Shown here piece by piece: positions 38,238 through 48,455 of a DNA stretch of 64,000 nt. This DNA comes from Alphaproteobacteria bacterium (GTDB lineage: Bacteria > Pseudomonadota > Alphaproteobacteria > MPNO01 > UBA830). The notes below the pieces were generated by a model, which was given only the letters and a program-made list of their open reading frames with translations, ran no database searches and had not been told where the DNA came from. The DNA is taken from positions 5,568,001 to 5,632,000 of the forward strand of contig OZ251539.1 in the NCBI GenBank assembly GCA_965243135.1, given 5' to 3'. Within the stretch, counting starts at the first letter, position 1. Every line of letters starts with the position of its first letter. Both the position numbers and the translations under genes were made by a program.

Positions 38238-38995
38238 CGGTGGAATTCGGCAGGCGCGGCGACGTCGCGACGATCGTCCTCGATCGTCCGGAACGGCTCA
38301 ACGCGCTGAGCTTCGATCTGCTCGGGCGTCTGGACGAGACCCTCGACCGCGCGTCGGACGCGCGGGCGGTCGTCGTGACCGGCGCCGGCGGCAGGGCGTT
38401 CTGCGCCGGCGCCGACATCGGCGAACTGCGCCGCCGAACGCTGGCGGAGCAGCGGCGCGGCATCGAGCTCGGCCAGAAGATCTTCTCGAAGCTGAGCGCG
38501 CTGCCCGCGCCTTCGGTGGCCGTGATCAACGGACACGCCTACGGCGGCGGGCTGGAGCTCGCGCTCGCCTGCACGTTCCGGCTGGCGCTGCCGAACGCGA
38601 GGATGGGCCTGCCGGAAATCAAGCTCGGCCTGATCCCGGGCTACGGCGGCACCCAGAGGTTGCCGCGCATCGTCGGCGAGGCGCGGGCGCTGGAAATGAT
38701 CATGACGGGCCGCGCGGTGGACGCCGGAGAGGCCGAGCGGATCGGGCTGGTGTCGGGCGTCGTCGAAGGCGATCCCATAGAGGAAGGCGTCGCGTTCGCC
38801 CACCGCTTCGCGCGCTACAGCCTGCCCGTCCTGGAGTTCGCCCGGCAGGCGGTGACGCGGGCGCTCGATACGCCGTTGAACGAAGGGCTGAAAATCGAGG
38901 CCGATCTCGCGGCCCTGGCCTACCGCACGGCGGATGCCGAGGAGGGCATGGCGGCGTTCGAGGAAAAGCGCGAGCCGGAGTTCAACGATGCCTGA
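38234..38995 (+). CDS. Enoyl-CoA hydratase
   Basis: FCAGADI, GGGLELALAC, PEIKLGLIPGYGGTQRL. Confidence 0.92.
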   Translation: MTVEFGRRGDVATIVLDRPERLNALSFDLLGRLDETLDRASDARAVVVTGAGGRAFCAGADIGELRRRTLAEQRRGIELGQKIFSKLSALPAPSVAVINGHAYGGGLELALACTFRLALPNARMGLPEIKLGLIPGYGGTQRLPRIVGEARALEMIMTGRAVDAGEAERIGLVSGVVEGDPIEEGVAFAHRFARYSLPVLEFARQAVTRALDTPLNEGLKIEADLAALAYRTADAEEGMAAFEEKREPEFNDA

Positions 38996-39698
38996 GACGC
39001 GCGGCCAGGTCGTCGTCACCGGCGGCAGCCGCGGGATCGGCGCCGCCATCGCGACCGCCCTCGACGAAGCGGGTTACGAGGCCGTATCGGTGTCCCGTTC
39101 GGGCGACGCTCCCGCGGGACGCGGCCTTCGCTGCGACCTGACGGACGAGGCGGCGCTCCGGCGCGCCTTCGCCGCGATCGGCGAAAGCGGCCCGGTCGCC
39201 GGACTCGTCAACAACGCCGGGGTTCACGCGACGCAAAAGAGCGCCGAACTGACGCTCGAAGCCTACGAGGACGTGATGGCGCTCAACGCCACCGCGGTCG
39301 CGCTCGCCTCGCGGGAGGCGTATCCGCATCTCAGGGCGACCCGCGGCGCGATCGTCAACATCGGATCGTTCTTCGACAAGATGGGCGTGCCGGACAATCT
39401 CGCCTATTGCGCGTCCAAGGCGGCGGTCGGCGCGATTACGCGCTGCCTCGCCGTCGAATGGGCGAAGGACGGCATCCGCGTCATCAACGTGGCGCCGGGC
39501 TACATCGAGACGGATCTCAACCGCGGATACCTGGCACGCGACGACGTGCGCCGCTGGCTTGGCGGGCGCATACCCACCGGCGGCCCGGGCTCCCCCCGGG
39601 ACGTGGCGGCGCTGGTCGTCAGCCTCGTGACCGGAGATATTCCGTTCCTCACGGGAGAGACGATCTACATCGACGGCGGCCAGGGAATGAACCATTGA
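38988..39698 (+). CDS. SDR family oxidoreductase
   Basis: TGGSRGIG, NNAG, YCASK. Confidence 0.9.
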   Translation: MPETRGQVVVTGGSRGIGAAIATALDEAGYEAVSVSRSGDAPAGRGLRCDLTDEAALRRAFAAIGESGPVAGLVNNAGVHATQKSAELTLEAYEDVMALNATAVALASREAYPHLRATRGAIVNIGSFFDKMGVPDNLAYCASKAAVGAITRCLAVEWAKDGIRVINVAPGYIETDLNRGYLARDDVRRWLGGRIPTGGPGSPRDVAALVVSLVTGDIPFLTGETIYIDGGQGMNH

Positions 39699-39744
39699 TC
39701 CCGCTCCCCCGCTCGGGACAGCCCCGGAACGCGGCAGGTCGCCC

Positions 39745-40911
39745 GTGAAGCTCTTCGAGCGGATAGAACGCCGCCGGAACTGGTCGGAGGACGAACGGGC
39801 CATGCTGGATCAGGTCCGCCGCGTTGCCGACAAGGAAATCGCGCCCGCCGCCGCGGAGTTCGACCGGACCGGGACGTTTCCGTGGAAGAACGTCGACGCC
39901 CTCAATCGCCTGGGCATGAACGCCATCTTCGTGCCGGAAGCCTATGGCGGCGCGCCGGCCGGCTATCGGCTGTACCTCGAATGCGTCAGCATCGTCTCGG
40001 AAGCCTGCGCTTCGACCGGCATCGTCTACGCCACCAACTATCACGCCATGGGCCCCGTCGTCGATCACGGCTCCGAGGAGCAGAAGGCGCGGCTGCTGCC
40101 GCGCATCGCCGTCGGCGGAATCGCTTCGCTGGCCATCACCGAACCGTCCGCCGGTTCGGACGCGACCGGGATGAAGACCAGGTTCGCGCCGGACGGCGAC
40201 GAGATCGTCATCGACGGCGGCAAGTCGTTCATCACCAGCGGCGACGTGGCGGACCTCGTCCTGCTTTTCGGCAAGTGGTCGGAAATCCCGGACGCGCGCG
40301 CCGCGCTTTCGGCGGTCGTCGTGGAGAAGGGGACGCCCGGATTCGAGGCGTCGCCCAAGGAGGAGAAGATGGGCCACCGGGCGTCGTCCACGGCGGCGCT
40401 GTCGTTTTCCGGCTGCCGGGTTCCGCGCGCCAATCTCGTCGGCGAGCCCGGCGGCGGCCTTCCGCTTCTGCTCGCCTCGCTCAACAAATCCCGTCCCAGC
40501 ATCGCCGCGCATGCCCGCGGCATCGCCCGCGCCGCTTTCGCCGACATGATCGCCTACATGAACGAGCGCGAGCAGTCGGGCCGCAAGATCATCGAGTTTC
40601 AGGGAAACCAGTTCGCCGTCGCGGATCTGGCGGGGGAACTCGCCGTGCTGGAAACGTGGATCGACCACGTGGGCGGGCTGGTCGAGGCCGGTTTCGACGA
40701 CATCGGCGTCGAGGCTTCCGTGGCCAAGCTGCGCGCCTCCGATCTCGCCATGCGCATGACCACCGAAGCCGTGCAAATGCACGGAGGTTACGGATATTGC
40801 GCCGATTACCGGGTGGAAAGGCTGATGCGCGACGCGAAGATCACGCAGATCTGGGAAGGCACGAACCAGATCCACAGGCAATTCATAGGCAGGAGTTTCC
40901 GCAGCAAATGA
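39745..40911 (+). CDS. Acyl-CoA dehydrogenase
   Basis: ITEPSAGSD, GGYGY, IWEGTNQI. Confidence 0.93.
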   Translation: MKLFERIERRRNWSEDERAMLDQVRRVADKEIAPAAAEFDRTGTFPWKNVDALNRLGMNAIFVPEAYGGAPAGYRLYLECVSIVSEACASTGIVYATNYHAMGPVVDHGSEEQKARLLPRIAVGGIASLAITEPSAGSDATGMKTRFAPDGDEIVIDGGKSFITSGDVADLVLLFGKWSEIPDARAALSAVVVEKGTPGFEASPKEEKMGHRASSTAALSFSGCRVPRANLVGEPGGGLPLLLASLNKSRPSIAAHARGIARAAFADMIAYMNEREQSGRKIIEFQGNQFAVADLAGELAVLETWIDHVGGLVEAGFDDIGVEASVAKLRASDLAMRMTTEAVQMHGGYGYCADYRVERLMRDAKITQIWEGTNQIHRQFIGRSFRSK

Positions 40912-41777
40912 ACGGGCGGATCGAGACCGTGGGCGTCTGCGGCGCCGGCGGCACGATGGGAGCCGGCATCGCGATCGTCGCGGCGCGGGCGGGGTATCGA
41001 ACCGTCTGCCACGACGTCGTCGCCGCCGCGCTCGAACGCGCCCGCGGCGAAGCCGCCCGCTTCTTCGAAGGATCGGTGGAACGCGGCAGGATGACGCCCG
41101 CCGAGCGCGACGCGGCGATGTCGCGTCTCGTTCCCGCGGACGATCCGGGCGGGTTGGCGGAATGCGACCTCGTGATCGAGGCGGTGTTCGAGGATCTGGA
41201 GGCGAAGCGCGGACTGTTCCGCGAACTCGACGCCGTATGCAAGAGCCAGGCGATTTTCGCGTCCAACACGTCGACCCTGTCGATCGCGGAAATCGCGTCC
41301 GGCTGCGGCCGCGAGGATCGCGTGGTCGGCATGCATTTTTGCTTGCCGGCGCAGTTGATGAAGCTGATCGAGATGTCGCCGGGCCTCAACACGTCGTCCG
41401 AAACCTTCGACGCCGCCTGGGCCTGGGCGGAAGCGGCGGGACAGTTTCCGGTCAGGACGCAGGACCGGCCCGGCTTCATCCTCAACGCGCTGCTGGTGCC
41501 GTTCAACAACGACTGCATTCGCGCGGTCGAGGCCGGGGTGGCGGAGCCGGCCGCGATCGACGCCGCCGTCAAGGCGGGGCTGGGCTACAGGATGGGACCG
41601 TTGGAACTCGTCGACATGATCGGACTCGACACCCAGATCCGCCTGTCGGAAGCGTTTTACCCGATCACGCTGGATCAACGCGCCGCCGCGCCGCCTCTGT
41701 TGCGCCGGATGGTCGCGGCCGGACGTCTCGGGCGCAAATCGGGACGGGGTTTTTTCGAATACGGCGGCGGAGGCTGA
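40908..41777 (+). CDS. 3-hydroxyacyl-CoA dehydrogenase
   Basis: GAGGTMGAGIA, IEAVFE, SNTSTL, GMHF, MGPLELVD. Confidence 0.9.
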   Translation: MNGRIETVGVCGAGGTMGAGIAIVAARAGYRTVCHDVVAAALERARGEAARFFEGSVERGRMTPAERDAAMSRLVPADDPGGLAECDLVIEAVFEDLEAKRGLFRELDAVCKSQAIFASNTSTLSIAEIASGCGREDRVVGMHFCLPAQLMKLIEMSPGLNTSSETFDAAWAWAEAAGQFPVRTQDRPGFILNALLVPFNNDCIRAVEAGVAEPAAIDAAVKAGLGYRMGPLELVDMIGLDTQIRLSEAFYPITLDQRAAAPPLLRRMVAAGRLGRKSGRGFFEYGGGG

Positions 41778-41781
41778 CCGC

Positions 41782-42411
41782 ATGGCTTATGAAATCAGGC
41801 GATCGGGCGAAAGCCGGTCGTTCCCCCCGGGGGATCCCTTCCTGGCCGGCGCGGGGAAGGACGGCGACATTCTGCTGCTGCTCGGGAAACCGGAGGGAAC
41901 TGCGGCCGCGGATCCGTCCCGCGTCGCGGTTCTGGTGGAGCTCGGGACCGAATGCCTCGGCGTCCATACCGGAGAGCGGGCGGGCGAGGAAGGATCGAAC
42001 GTGCTTGGGTTCGCGCGTTACCGCAACGGCGACGATCCGCCGTCGCCTTTGATCGAGCTGGTCACGCAGCCTCGCAGCGATGCCGGAGCGATCGCGGCCG
42101 CTCGGGATTTGTTCGAGGCGGCCGGGTTGACGGTCGCCGTCTGCGGCGACCAGCCGGGACGGATCGTCGATCGGCTGGTTCGCCCGAAATACAACGCGGC
42201 GTTGCGTTTTCTCGACGAAGGGCTGGCGACCGCGAGCGACCTGGACATGACCTGCCGCATGGGGCTCGGCTATCCGGACGGCCCGATCGAGCGCGTGGAG
42301 CGCGGCGGGCTCGCGCGCCACTGCGACGTTACGCGCGCCCTGTTCGAGGTCTTCGGCGCGCCGGGCTACGCGCCGGCGCGGCGCGCAATCGTCGCCAGGG
42401 AGCGCGAGTGA
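41782..42411 (+). CDS. 3-hydroxyacyl-CoA dehydrogenase C-terminal-domain protein
   Basis: DQPGRIVDRL, NAALRFLDEG, GLGYPDGP; no NAD-binding motif. Confidence 0.78.
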   Translation: MAYEIRRSGESRSFPPGDPFLAGAGKDGDILLLLGKPEGTAAADPSRVAVLVELGTECLGVHTGERAGEEGSNVLGFARYRNGDDPPSPLIELVTQPRSDAGAIAAARDLFEAAGLTVAVCGDQPGRIVDRLVRPKYNAALRFLDEGLATASDLDMTCRMGLGYPDGPIERVERGGLARHCDVTRALFEVFGAPGYAPARRAIVARERE

Positions 42412-43523
42412 TGGCGGGGCCGCTTTCCGGCGTGCTGGTCCTGGATTTTTCGACCTTGCTGCCGGGGCCGATGGCGAGCTTGCTGCTCGCCGAGGCGGGT
42501 GCCGAAGTCGTCAAGATCGAACGGCCCGGCGGGGAGGACATGCGCCGGTACGAACCGCGCTGGGGGAGGGACAGCGTGAACTTCGCGATGCTCAACCGCG
42601 GCAAGAAGAGCATCGCGCTCGACCTCAAGGACGCCGACGCCCGGGCGAAGCTGAGGCCGCTGGTCGAACGCGCCGACGTCGTGCTCGAACAATTCCGGCC
42701 GGGCGTGATGGAACGGCTGGGTTTCGATTACGAGACGGCGCGGAAGATCAATCCCGGCATCGTCTACTGTTCGATCACCGGTTACGGGCAGGACGGGCGA
42801 AGGCGCGACAGGGCGGGGCACGATCTCAACTACATCGGCGACACCGGGCTGCTGTCGCTGAGCATGGGGAACGCGGACCGACCGGTGGTGCCGCCGGCGC
42901 TGATCGCGGACATCGCGGGCGGCGCCTGGCCGGCCGTAATGAACGTTCTGCTTGCCCTGCGCGACCGCGACCGCACCGGCTCGGGCACGCATATCGACGT
43001 CGCGATGGCCGACAACCTTTTTCCGTTCATGTATTGGGCGCTGGGGAACGGTCAGGCTGCGGGCGTCTGGCCGGAAAACGGCGGAGATCTCGTGACCGGC
43101 GGCTCGCCGCGCTACAGGCTGTACCCGACGGCCGACGGCCGTTTCGTAGCGGCGGCGCCGCTGGAGGACAGGTTCTGGACCGCCTTCGCCGAGGCTATCG
43201 GACTCGAGGCGGCGTATCGCGACGATGCCGTCGATCCGGCAGCGACGTCCGCCCGCGTCTCCGAAATCATCCGGGCGGAGCCCGCAGCTCGCTGGGAAGT
43301 CGCGTTCGCGGAGGCCGATTGCTGCGCGACCGTCGTGAAGACCGTCGAGGAGGCTTTGGCCGACCCGCATTTTCGCGCGCGCGGGCTTTTCGATGCCGGG
43401 CTGACCAACGAGGAGGGCGACGAGATCGCGGCGTTGCCCGTGCCCGTTGCGCCGCAGTTCAGGGTTGCGAGGAGCGCGGTTCTGTCGGCGCCTGCGCCGG
43501 GGGACGACAACGGCGAAATCTGA
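42411..43523 (+). CDS. CaiB/BaiF family III CoA-transferase
   Basis: LLPGP, NRGKKS, FRPGVMERLG, GHDLNY, ADIAGG. Confidence 0.92.
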   Translation: MAGPLSGVLVLDFSTLLPGPMASLLLAEAGAEVVKIERPGGEDMRRYEPRWGRDSVNFAMLNRGKKSIALDLKDADARAKLRPLVERADVVLEQFRPGVMERLGFDYETARKINPGIVYCSITGYGQDGRRRDRAGHDLNYIGDTGLLSLSMGNADRPVVPPALIADIAGGAWPAVMNVLLALRDRDRTGSGTHIDVAMADNLFPFMYWALGNGQAAGVWPENGGDLVTGGSPRYRLYPTADGRFVAAAPLEDRFWTAFAEAIGLEAAYRDDAVDPAATSARVSEIIRAEPAARWEVAFAEADCCATVVKTVEEALADPHFRARGLFDAGLTNEEGDEIAALPVPVAPQFRVARSAVLSAPAPGDDNGEI

Positions 43524-43673
43524 GTCGCCGGCCGGTCCCCGCAAGCGGGCCGGCGCGGCGAGCCGCACCGCCTGGCAGCGCGCCGCTCTACGCCTCGACC
43601 GGACAGACGCCGTCCGCGGCCCGGGTTCTCGCCCGGAGTTCGGCGGTCGGAGACCGGGCGCGCCGCGGTTCGT

Positions 43674-46600
43674 TCAGAACCGCGCCGTCAGGTCGACGCC
43701 GCCGCCGAACTCGTAGCTGTCGCCGCCCGTGGCCCAGCTCGCCGCGCCGCGAAGCGCGTAGCGCCCGTCGCCCCATGCATGGACGCCGCCCAGCTTCAGG
43801 CGCACCCACATCGGCTCGACGGTCGACCGCAGCTCCGTCCCCGACACCGTCACCTTCCGGTCCTTCGAAAACTCGCGCTCCGCGTCCACCGAGCCGAACA
43901 TGCGGATTCCCGAGGCCGCGTCCGTCGCCGCCCCGATGCCCGCGCGGCCCTTCAGACTCCGACCGCCCGTCAGGGATACGCGCGCTCCGACCGAGTCCGA
44001 GAAGTCGTTCATGGAGACCGTCGAACGGGTCATCGAGATTCGCGGCGTGAGAACCACGCCGCCCGCCACGGTCCGCCGCCCGACCTCCATGCCGACGGCA
44101 TGACCGCGCCCCGACGCGCCGCCCTTGAGCGCGCCCCGCGACGCCATGTCGGCATCGTACCAGGTCCACTCCGCCTGGAGGTCCATATAGGCGGCTTCGT
44201 CGAGCCGGGCGGTCCAGGAGACCCCGACGCCGACGCCCGACAGATCGATCTTGCCGCCGTTCGACACCTTCGCCGACCCGCCGCGGCGGTGCGCCGAGAC
44301 GCCGAACAGGCCGTTCTCGGAGACCGGGCCCCGGAAACCCGCCCAGACGCCGTAGCGGTTGTGGTCGTAACCCAACCCCGTCGTTTCCGACCTCTCCGCG
44401 CGCTGCTTGCCGCGGAAGGACTCCACAAGCGCCCAGCCGCCCCGCGCCGAGCCCGCCGCCATCCGCTCCCGGAACTCCGGCAAGCCGTTCAACCTCAGCA
44501 GCGTCGACGGCAGCGCTTCGTACACGCGGGCGCGCGGCGCGTAGACCGCCTTCAACGAGACGCCGCCGTCGCCGTCCGCCTCCACGCCGACGTCGAAGGC
44601 GCCGTCCGGGACCGAGCGCGTCGAATCGGGATCCCCCAAGCGGGTGACGGTCCCGTCCGAGGCGCGGTACGCCACCTCGGGTATGCCGTCCTTATCCCGC
44701 ATCGCGCCCGGAATCCGGCGGATGGCCTCGAGGGGCCCCTCCCCGGGCTTTTGCTGGATCTCCACCACCAGATCGCCTCGCTCGCTCGTGATGGCTTCGT
44801 TCTCGACGCCCGTGATCCGACCGTCCGCCCCGACCGTCACCCTTCCGCCACCGTCGAGCCGCACGCGGCCAGCCGTGCCGCCCACCGTCACCGCGCTGTC
44901 CTTGCCGGCCACGTCGATGGTCCCCGTGACCGTACTGCCGGCCTCCGTCTCGACCCTCGCGGGACGATCCCCAAGATCGACGACGTCCCCCTCGATCTTG
45001 CCGCCGGCCGCTACCGCCACGCTCAGAGCGTCGGCCGCGTTCCGGACCGCGACGCCCTCGATTCCCCCGATCCGTCCCGTCGCGCCCACCGTCACCGCGC
45101 CGCCGTTGTCGAACCGCACTTGCCCGGCCGCGCCGTGCACCGTCACCGTGCTCGCGGCCAGATGGATAGCGCCCGTCACCGTCCCGCCGTTCGACACCGT
45201 GACCGTGTGCTCGCCCGCGCCACGACCGAAAACGTTGCCCTCGACCGTGCCCGCCACCGTCACCGACAGGTCGCCGGCAGCGCTGCGGATCGCTTCCCCC
45301 GAAATCCCCGCGATCCGTCCCGTCCTGGCCACCGTGACCGTCGCGCCGCCGGCGTAGAGGAGCCGCCCGACGCTGCCGCGCACCGTCAGCGGGCCGACGG
45401 GATCGTGGACCGTTCCCGTCACCTCGCTTCCGGCTTCCGACGCGAACCGCAACGCGCCGCCTCCCGTGTTGCGAATGTCGCCCTCCACCGCGCCGGCCAC
45501 CGTCACCGACAGGTCGCCGGCAGCATTGCGGATCGTTTCCCCCGAAACCCCAGCGATCCGTCCCGTCCTGGCTACCGTGACCGTCGCGCCGTCGGCGTAG
45601 AGGAGCCGCCCGACGCTGCCGCGCACCGTCAGAGGGCCGACGGGGTCGTGGACCGTTCCCGTCACCTCGCTTCCGGCTTCCGAAGCGAATCGCAACGCGC
45701 CGCCGCCCATGTTGCGGATGTCGCCCTCCACCGTGCCGCCCACCGTCACCGACAGGTCGCCCGTGCCGTCGGAAAGGATGCCGTCGCCCGAAGTCGCGCC
45801 GATCCGCCCGGTCGCGCCGACTTTCACCGTCCCGCCGCCGGCCAGATGCACGCCCGCCCCGGTCCCGCCCATGACCGAGCCGTTCACCGTCACCGTCTGA
45901 TCCCGAAGGCCGCCGTCCCCCGCTGCGAGACCCGCCCCGCTCACGTAGATGCCGTGGCGTTCGCCCGAGACGGTGGCGCCATCGGCCACGGTCACCGCGA
46001 TGGCGCCGTTGCGGTCATGGGTCAGCACATAGCGTGCGTAAACGCCGTCGCCTTTGGCGGTGCCGTCGCTCTTGGCAGTAATGGTGCCGCCGGTGACGTC
46101 CACCGAGATGTCGCCAGCGTTGTAGCTCATGGCGCGAAGCCGGACGCCGTCCTTCCAGTTGTCCGTATAGTCGGCGGGAAGCGCGGCGAGCGCCGCCTCC
46201 AGGTCGCCGCCCGTCAGGACGGCCGCCAGCACCGTCCGTTCGTCGTCCGAGAGCGTCCCGCCGAGGCCGCCGCGCCGGACGTAATCCGCTATCTCGGTGT
46301 GGGAAAGCGCCATGGCGCGGATGCCCGCGCGGGGGATGTCCAGAATCTCGACCGCCGCCTCCTCCGCCAGTCTGGCGTTGGCCCCCGGAGCGTTTCCCTG
46401 GGAGCCATGGTGATCCGTCCGCTCCGCGCCGCGCGCGGCCTGGAAGGCCCGCATGCGCGCCTTCCAGGCGTCGTCGTAATCATCGGGAAGCGCGCCCAGC
46501 GCCGTGTCCAGCGCGTCCGAATCGCCTCCCTCGATCGCGTCGAGGACGGCCTGCTCGCCCGCCTGAAGCGTCCCGTCGTCGCCCGCCACGGCGGCGCGGA

Positions 46601-47852
46601 TCCAGGCGTCCATCACGTTCTCGCCCACCGTGACGTCGCCGCTGGAGGTGACGTGAATCATGGGCGCGGTTCCGGCCGTCTCGTCCGCGGCCTCGTTTCC
46701 GTCTCCGAAGGTGGAGCCGCTCCGGGGCTCGGCCCAGGCGAGAATGCCCGCGTCCCGGGCCTCGATCCGGCCCCGCGCCGCGATGACGACGCGACCCGCC
46801 GCGTTCGCGGAGGGCATCAACCGGCCGTAGACGCCGTTGGCGAAGGGCGCCGCGACCCGCGTCGCCGCGCCGACCGTCGCATCGAGGATGCCGTTGCCGA
46901 CGTGAAGCGAATAGACGCCGACGCTGCCCTCGCCTTCCGCCACGATGACGGCTTCGCCCGATACGTCGACCGTGACGTCGCCCTCGCCCGAATGGACGCC
47001 GTTGACGGCTCGGGTGAATCGTCCCCTGGTCGTGACGGAGGCGCCCGACACGCTCGCGTCGGCGTTTCCGGTCCCGCCAATTTTCCCGCTATAGACGCCG
47101 TGGGCGAGGAAGCCGTTCGTCTCGATGGAGCCGCCCTGAACGTCGACGTCGACGTCTCCCGTCGGACCCTGTTGATAGCCGAAGATGCCGAGGGAGTTGG
47201 CTCCCTCCGTCCTCATGACGACGTCCTTCGTGTCGATGTCGATGTCGCCCGTGACCTGTAGCCAGCCGGTGACGCCCTGGCTGACGCCTCCTCCCGTCGT
47301 CGTGAGGGAGCCGCCCGACACGTCGATCTTGATGTTGCCCGTCCCGGCCTGGCGACGGACGTATACGGTGTTGCCGTTGTCGTTGGCCGTCGTGATGTCG
47401 ACGTTCTTCACCGTGACGGCGACGTCGCCGCTTCCGCCGTTGCTCCAGCTGCGGATGCCTTTCGCCCAGTTGCCCGAGGACGACAGGGAACCGCCCGTCA
47501 CCTCGATGGTGACGCTCCCCGTGCCGTAGGTGTCGGCGGTGACGGGGGACTCGTTGTGGCCCGTCAGCGAGATGTCGGGGTTGCGGAGGTTGATGTGGAC
47601 GTCTCTCGTCTCGCTGGCGGCGCGGTCGCATACGACGATCGTCGTGCGGCCGGTCACGACGTCGCCCGCGCACAGGTTCTGCGCCGCCGCCTCTCCCGCG
47701 CCGAGTGCGAGGGCGAATCCCAAGGCGAGCGCGGCCGGCATGCAAACGCTGCTTTGCCTTGCAGGACAGGCGCTGCCGCCAAGGCGTCCGCGAAGCGTTC
47801 TCGGGGTCGAGGGGGAGGCGGGCGCAACCCGCCGTCCGAAAAAGTCCATCAT
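43674..47852 (-). CDS. Autotransporter (type Va) with beta-helical passenger and C-terminal beta-barrel
   Basis: Extended signal peptide, G/T/V-rich repeats, YAPRARVYEALP linker, barrel strands ending ..GVDLTARF. Confidence 0.9.
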   Translation of the reverse strand: MMDFFGRRVAPASPSTPRTLRGRLGGSACPARQSSVCMPAALALGFALALGAGEAAAQNLCAGDVVTGRTTIVVCDRAASETRDVHINLRNPDISLTGHNESPVTADTYGTGSVTIEVTGGSLSSSGNWAKGIRSWSNGGSGDVAVTVKNVDITTANDNGNTVYVRRQAGTGNIKIDVSGGSLTTTGGGVSQGVTGWLQVTGDIDIDTKDVVMRTEGANSLGIFGYQQGPTGDVDVDVQGGSIETNGFLAHGVYSGKIGGTGNADASVSGASVTTRGRFTRAVNGVHSGEGDVTVDVSGEAVIVAEGEGSVGVYSLHVGNGILDATVGAATRVAAPFANGVYGRLMPSANAAGRVVIAARGRIEARDAGILAWAEPRSGSTFGDGNEAADETAGTAPMIHVTSSGDVTVGENVMDAWIRAAVAGDDGTLQAGEQAVLDAIEGGDSDALDTALGALPDDYDDAWKARMRAFQAARGAERTDHHGSQGNAPGANARLAEEAAVEILDIPRAGIRAMALSHTEIADYVRRGGLGGTLSDDERTVLAAVLTGGDLEAALAALPADYTDNWKDGVRLRAMSYNAGDISVDVTGGTITAKSDGTAKGDGVYARYVLTHDRNGAIAVTVADGATVSGERHGIYVSGAGLAAGDGGLRDQTVTVNGSVMGGTGAGVHLAGGGTVKVGATGRIGATSGDGILSDGTGDLSVTVGGTVEGDIRNMGGGALRFASEAGSEVTGTVHDPVGPLTVRGSVGRLLYADGATVTVARTGRIAGVSGETIRNAAGDLSVTVAGAVEGDIRNTGGGALRFASEAGSEVTGTVHDPVGPLTVRGSVGRLLYAGGATVTVARTGRIAGISGEAIRSAAGDLSVTVAGTVEGNVFGRGAGEHTVTVSNGGTVTGAIHLAASTVTVHGAAGQVRFDNGGAVTVGATGRIGGIEGVAVRNAADALSVAVAAGGKIEGDVVDLGDRPARVETEAGSTVTGTIDVAGKDSAVTVGGTAGRVRLDGGGRVTVGADGRITGVENEAITSERGDLVVEIQQKPGEGPLEAIRRIPGAMRDKDGIPEVAYRASDGTVTRLGDPDSTRSVPDGAFDVGVEADGDGGVSLKAVYAPRARVYEALPSTLLRLNGLPEFRERMAAGSARGGWALVESFRGKQRAERSETTGLGYDHNRYGVWAGFRGPVSENGLFGVSAHRRGGSAKVSNGGKIDLSGVGVGVSWTARLDEAAYMDLQAEWTWYDADMASRGALKGGASGRGHAVGMEVGRRTVAGGVVLTPRISMTRSTVSMNDFSDSVGARVSLTGGRSLKGRAGIGAATDAASGIRMFGSVDAEREFSKDRKVTVSGTELRSTVEPMWVRLKLGGVHAWGDGRYALRGAASWATGGDSYEFGGGVDLTARF
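45238..45761 (-). repeat. 243-bp (81-aa) tandem duplication inside the autotransporter
   Basis: CACCGTCACCGACAGGTCGCC at 45255, 45498 and 45741; units near-identical. Confidence 0.92.
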
Positions 47853-48455
47853 GTCGCGTTCTCCAAGCCATCGGAGCGATTCGATTTCAGCGTGGTCCCC
47901 TCGTCCGTGATGGAAACACGATCACTAAGGGGAACTCCGTGACGGAGTCCGACGCCGCCAGCGTTTCGGTACGATAGCATTTTTTCGAACGTTTATCGCC
48001 TGCCGTGCGTCGGCGGCAATTCGCGTTAAGAGTTGCAAATTCCGAAAACTCGCCAAACTGGCTGAAATCGAACGTTTTCGGGTGCGGGTCGGCGGCAAAA
48101 CGCTACCCGGCAAATGCACTCCAAATCTTGAATTCGTCGCGTTTGGGCCAAGCTGTTGGAAATTTCCAGTCAAGTTCCAAGGCGACAGGCCTTCGCGGGC
48201 CGGAGACCGGCCCGCCGCCGCGGTTTCAGAAGCGCATCGCGAGGCTGATTCCGCTGTCGAATTCGCCGTTGCCGCTGCCGCGGGCGGCCGAGAAAAAAAC
48301 GGAGCGTCAGGAGACTCTGGTTTCCGCGAAACTCGGGTTGTCGTAGTTGGCGGATGCCATCGCTTGCGTTGCGACCCGGCGGCGCGTCATGGGGCAGCGG
48401 CGCCGCGTGGACTCGTTCCGGCAAGGATCTACAATGACGGCCGGGCAGGAGGCGA

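Noticed and set aside
47853-48455. Possible riboswitch or ncRNA upstream of the autotransporter (also 51337-51740 and 59065-59440)
   Set aside because: Only generic GC-rich hairpins; no family consensus recognisable by eye.
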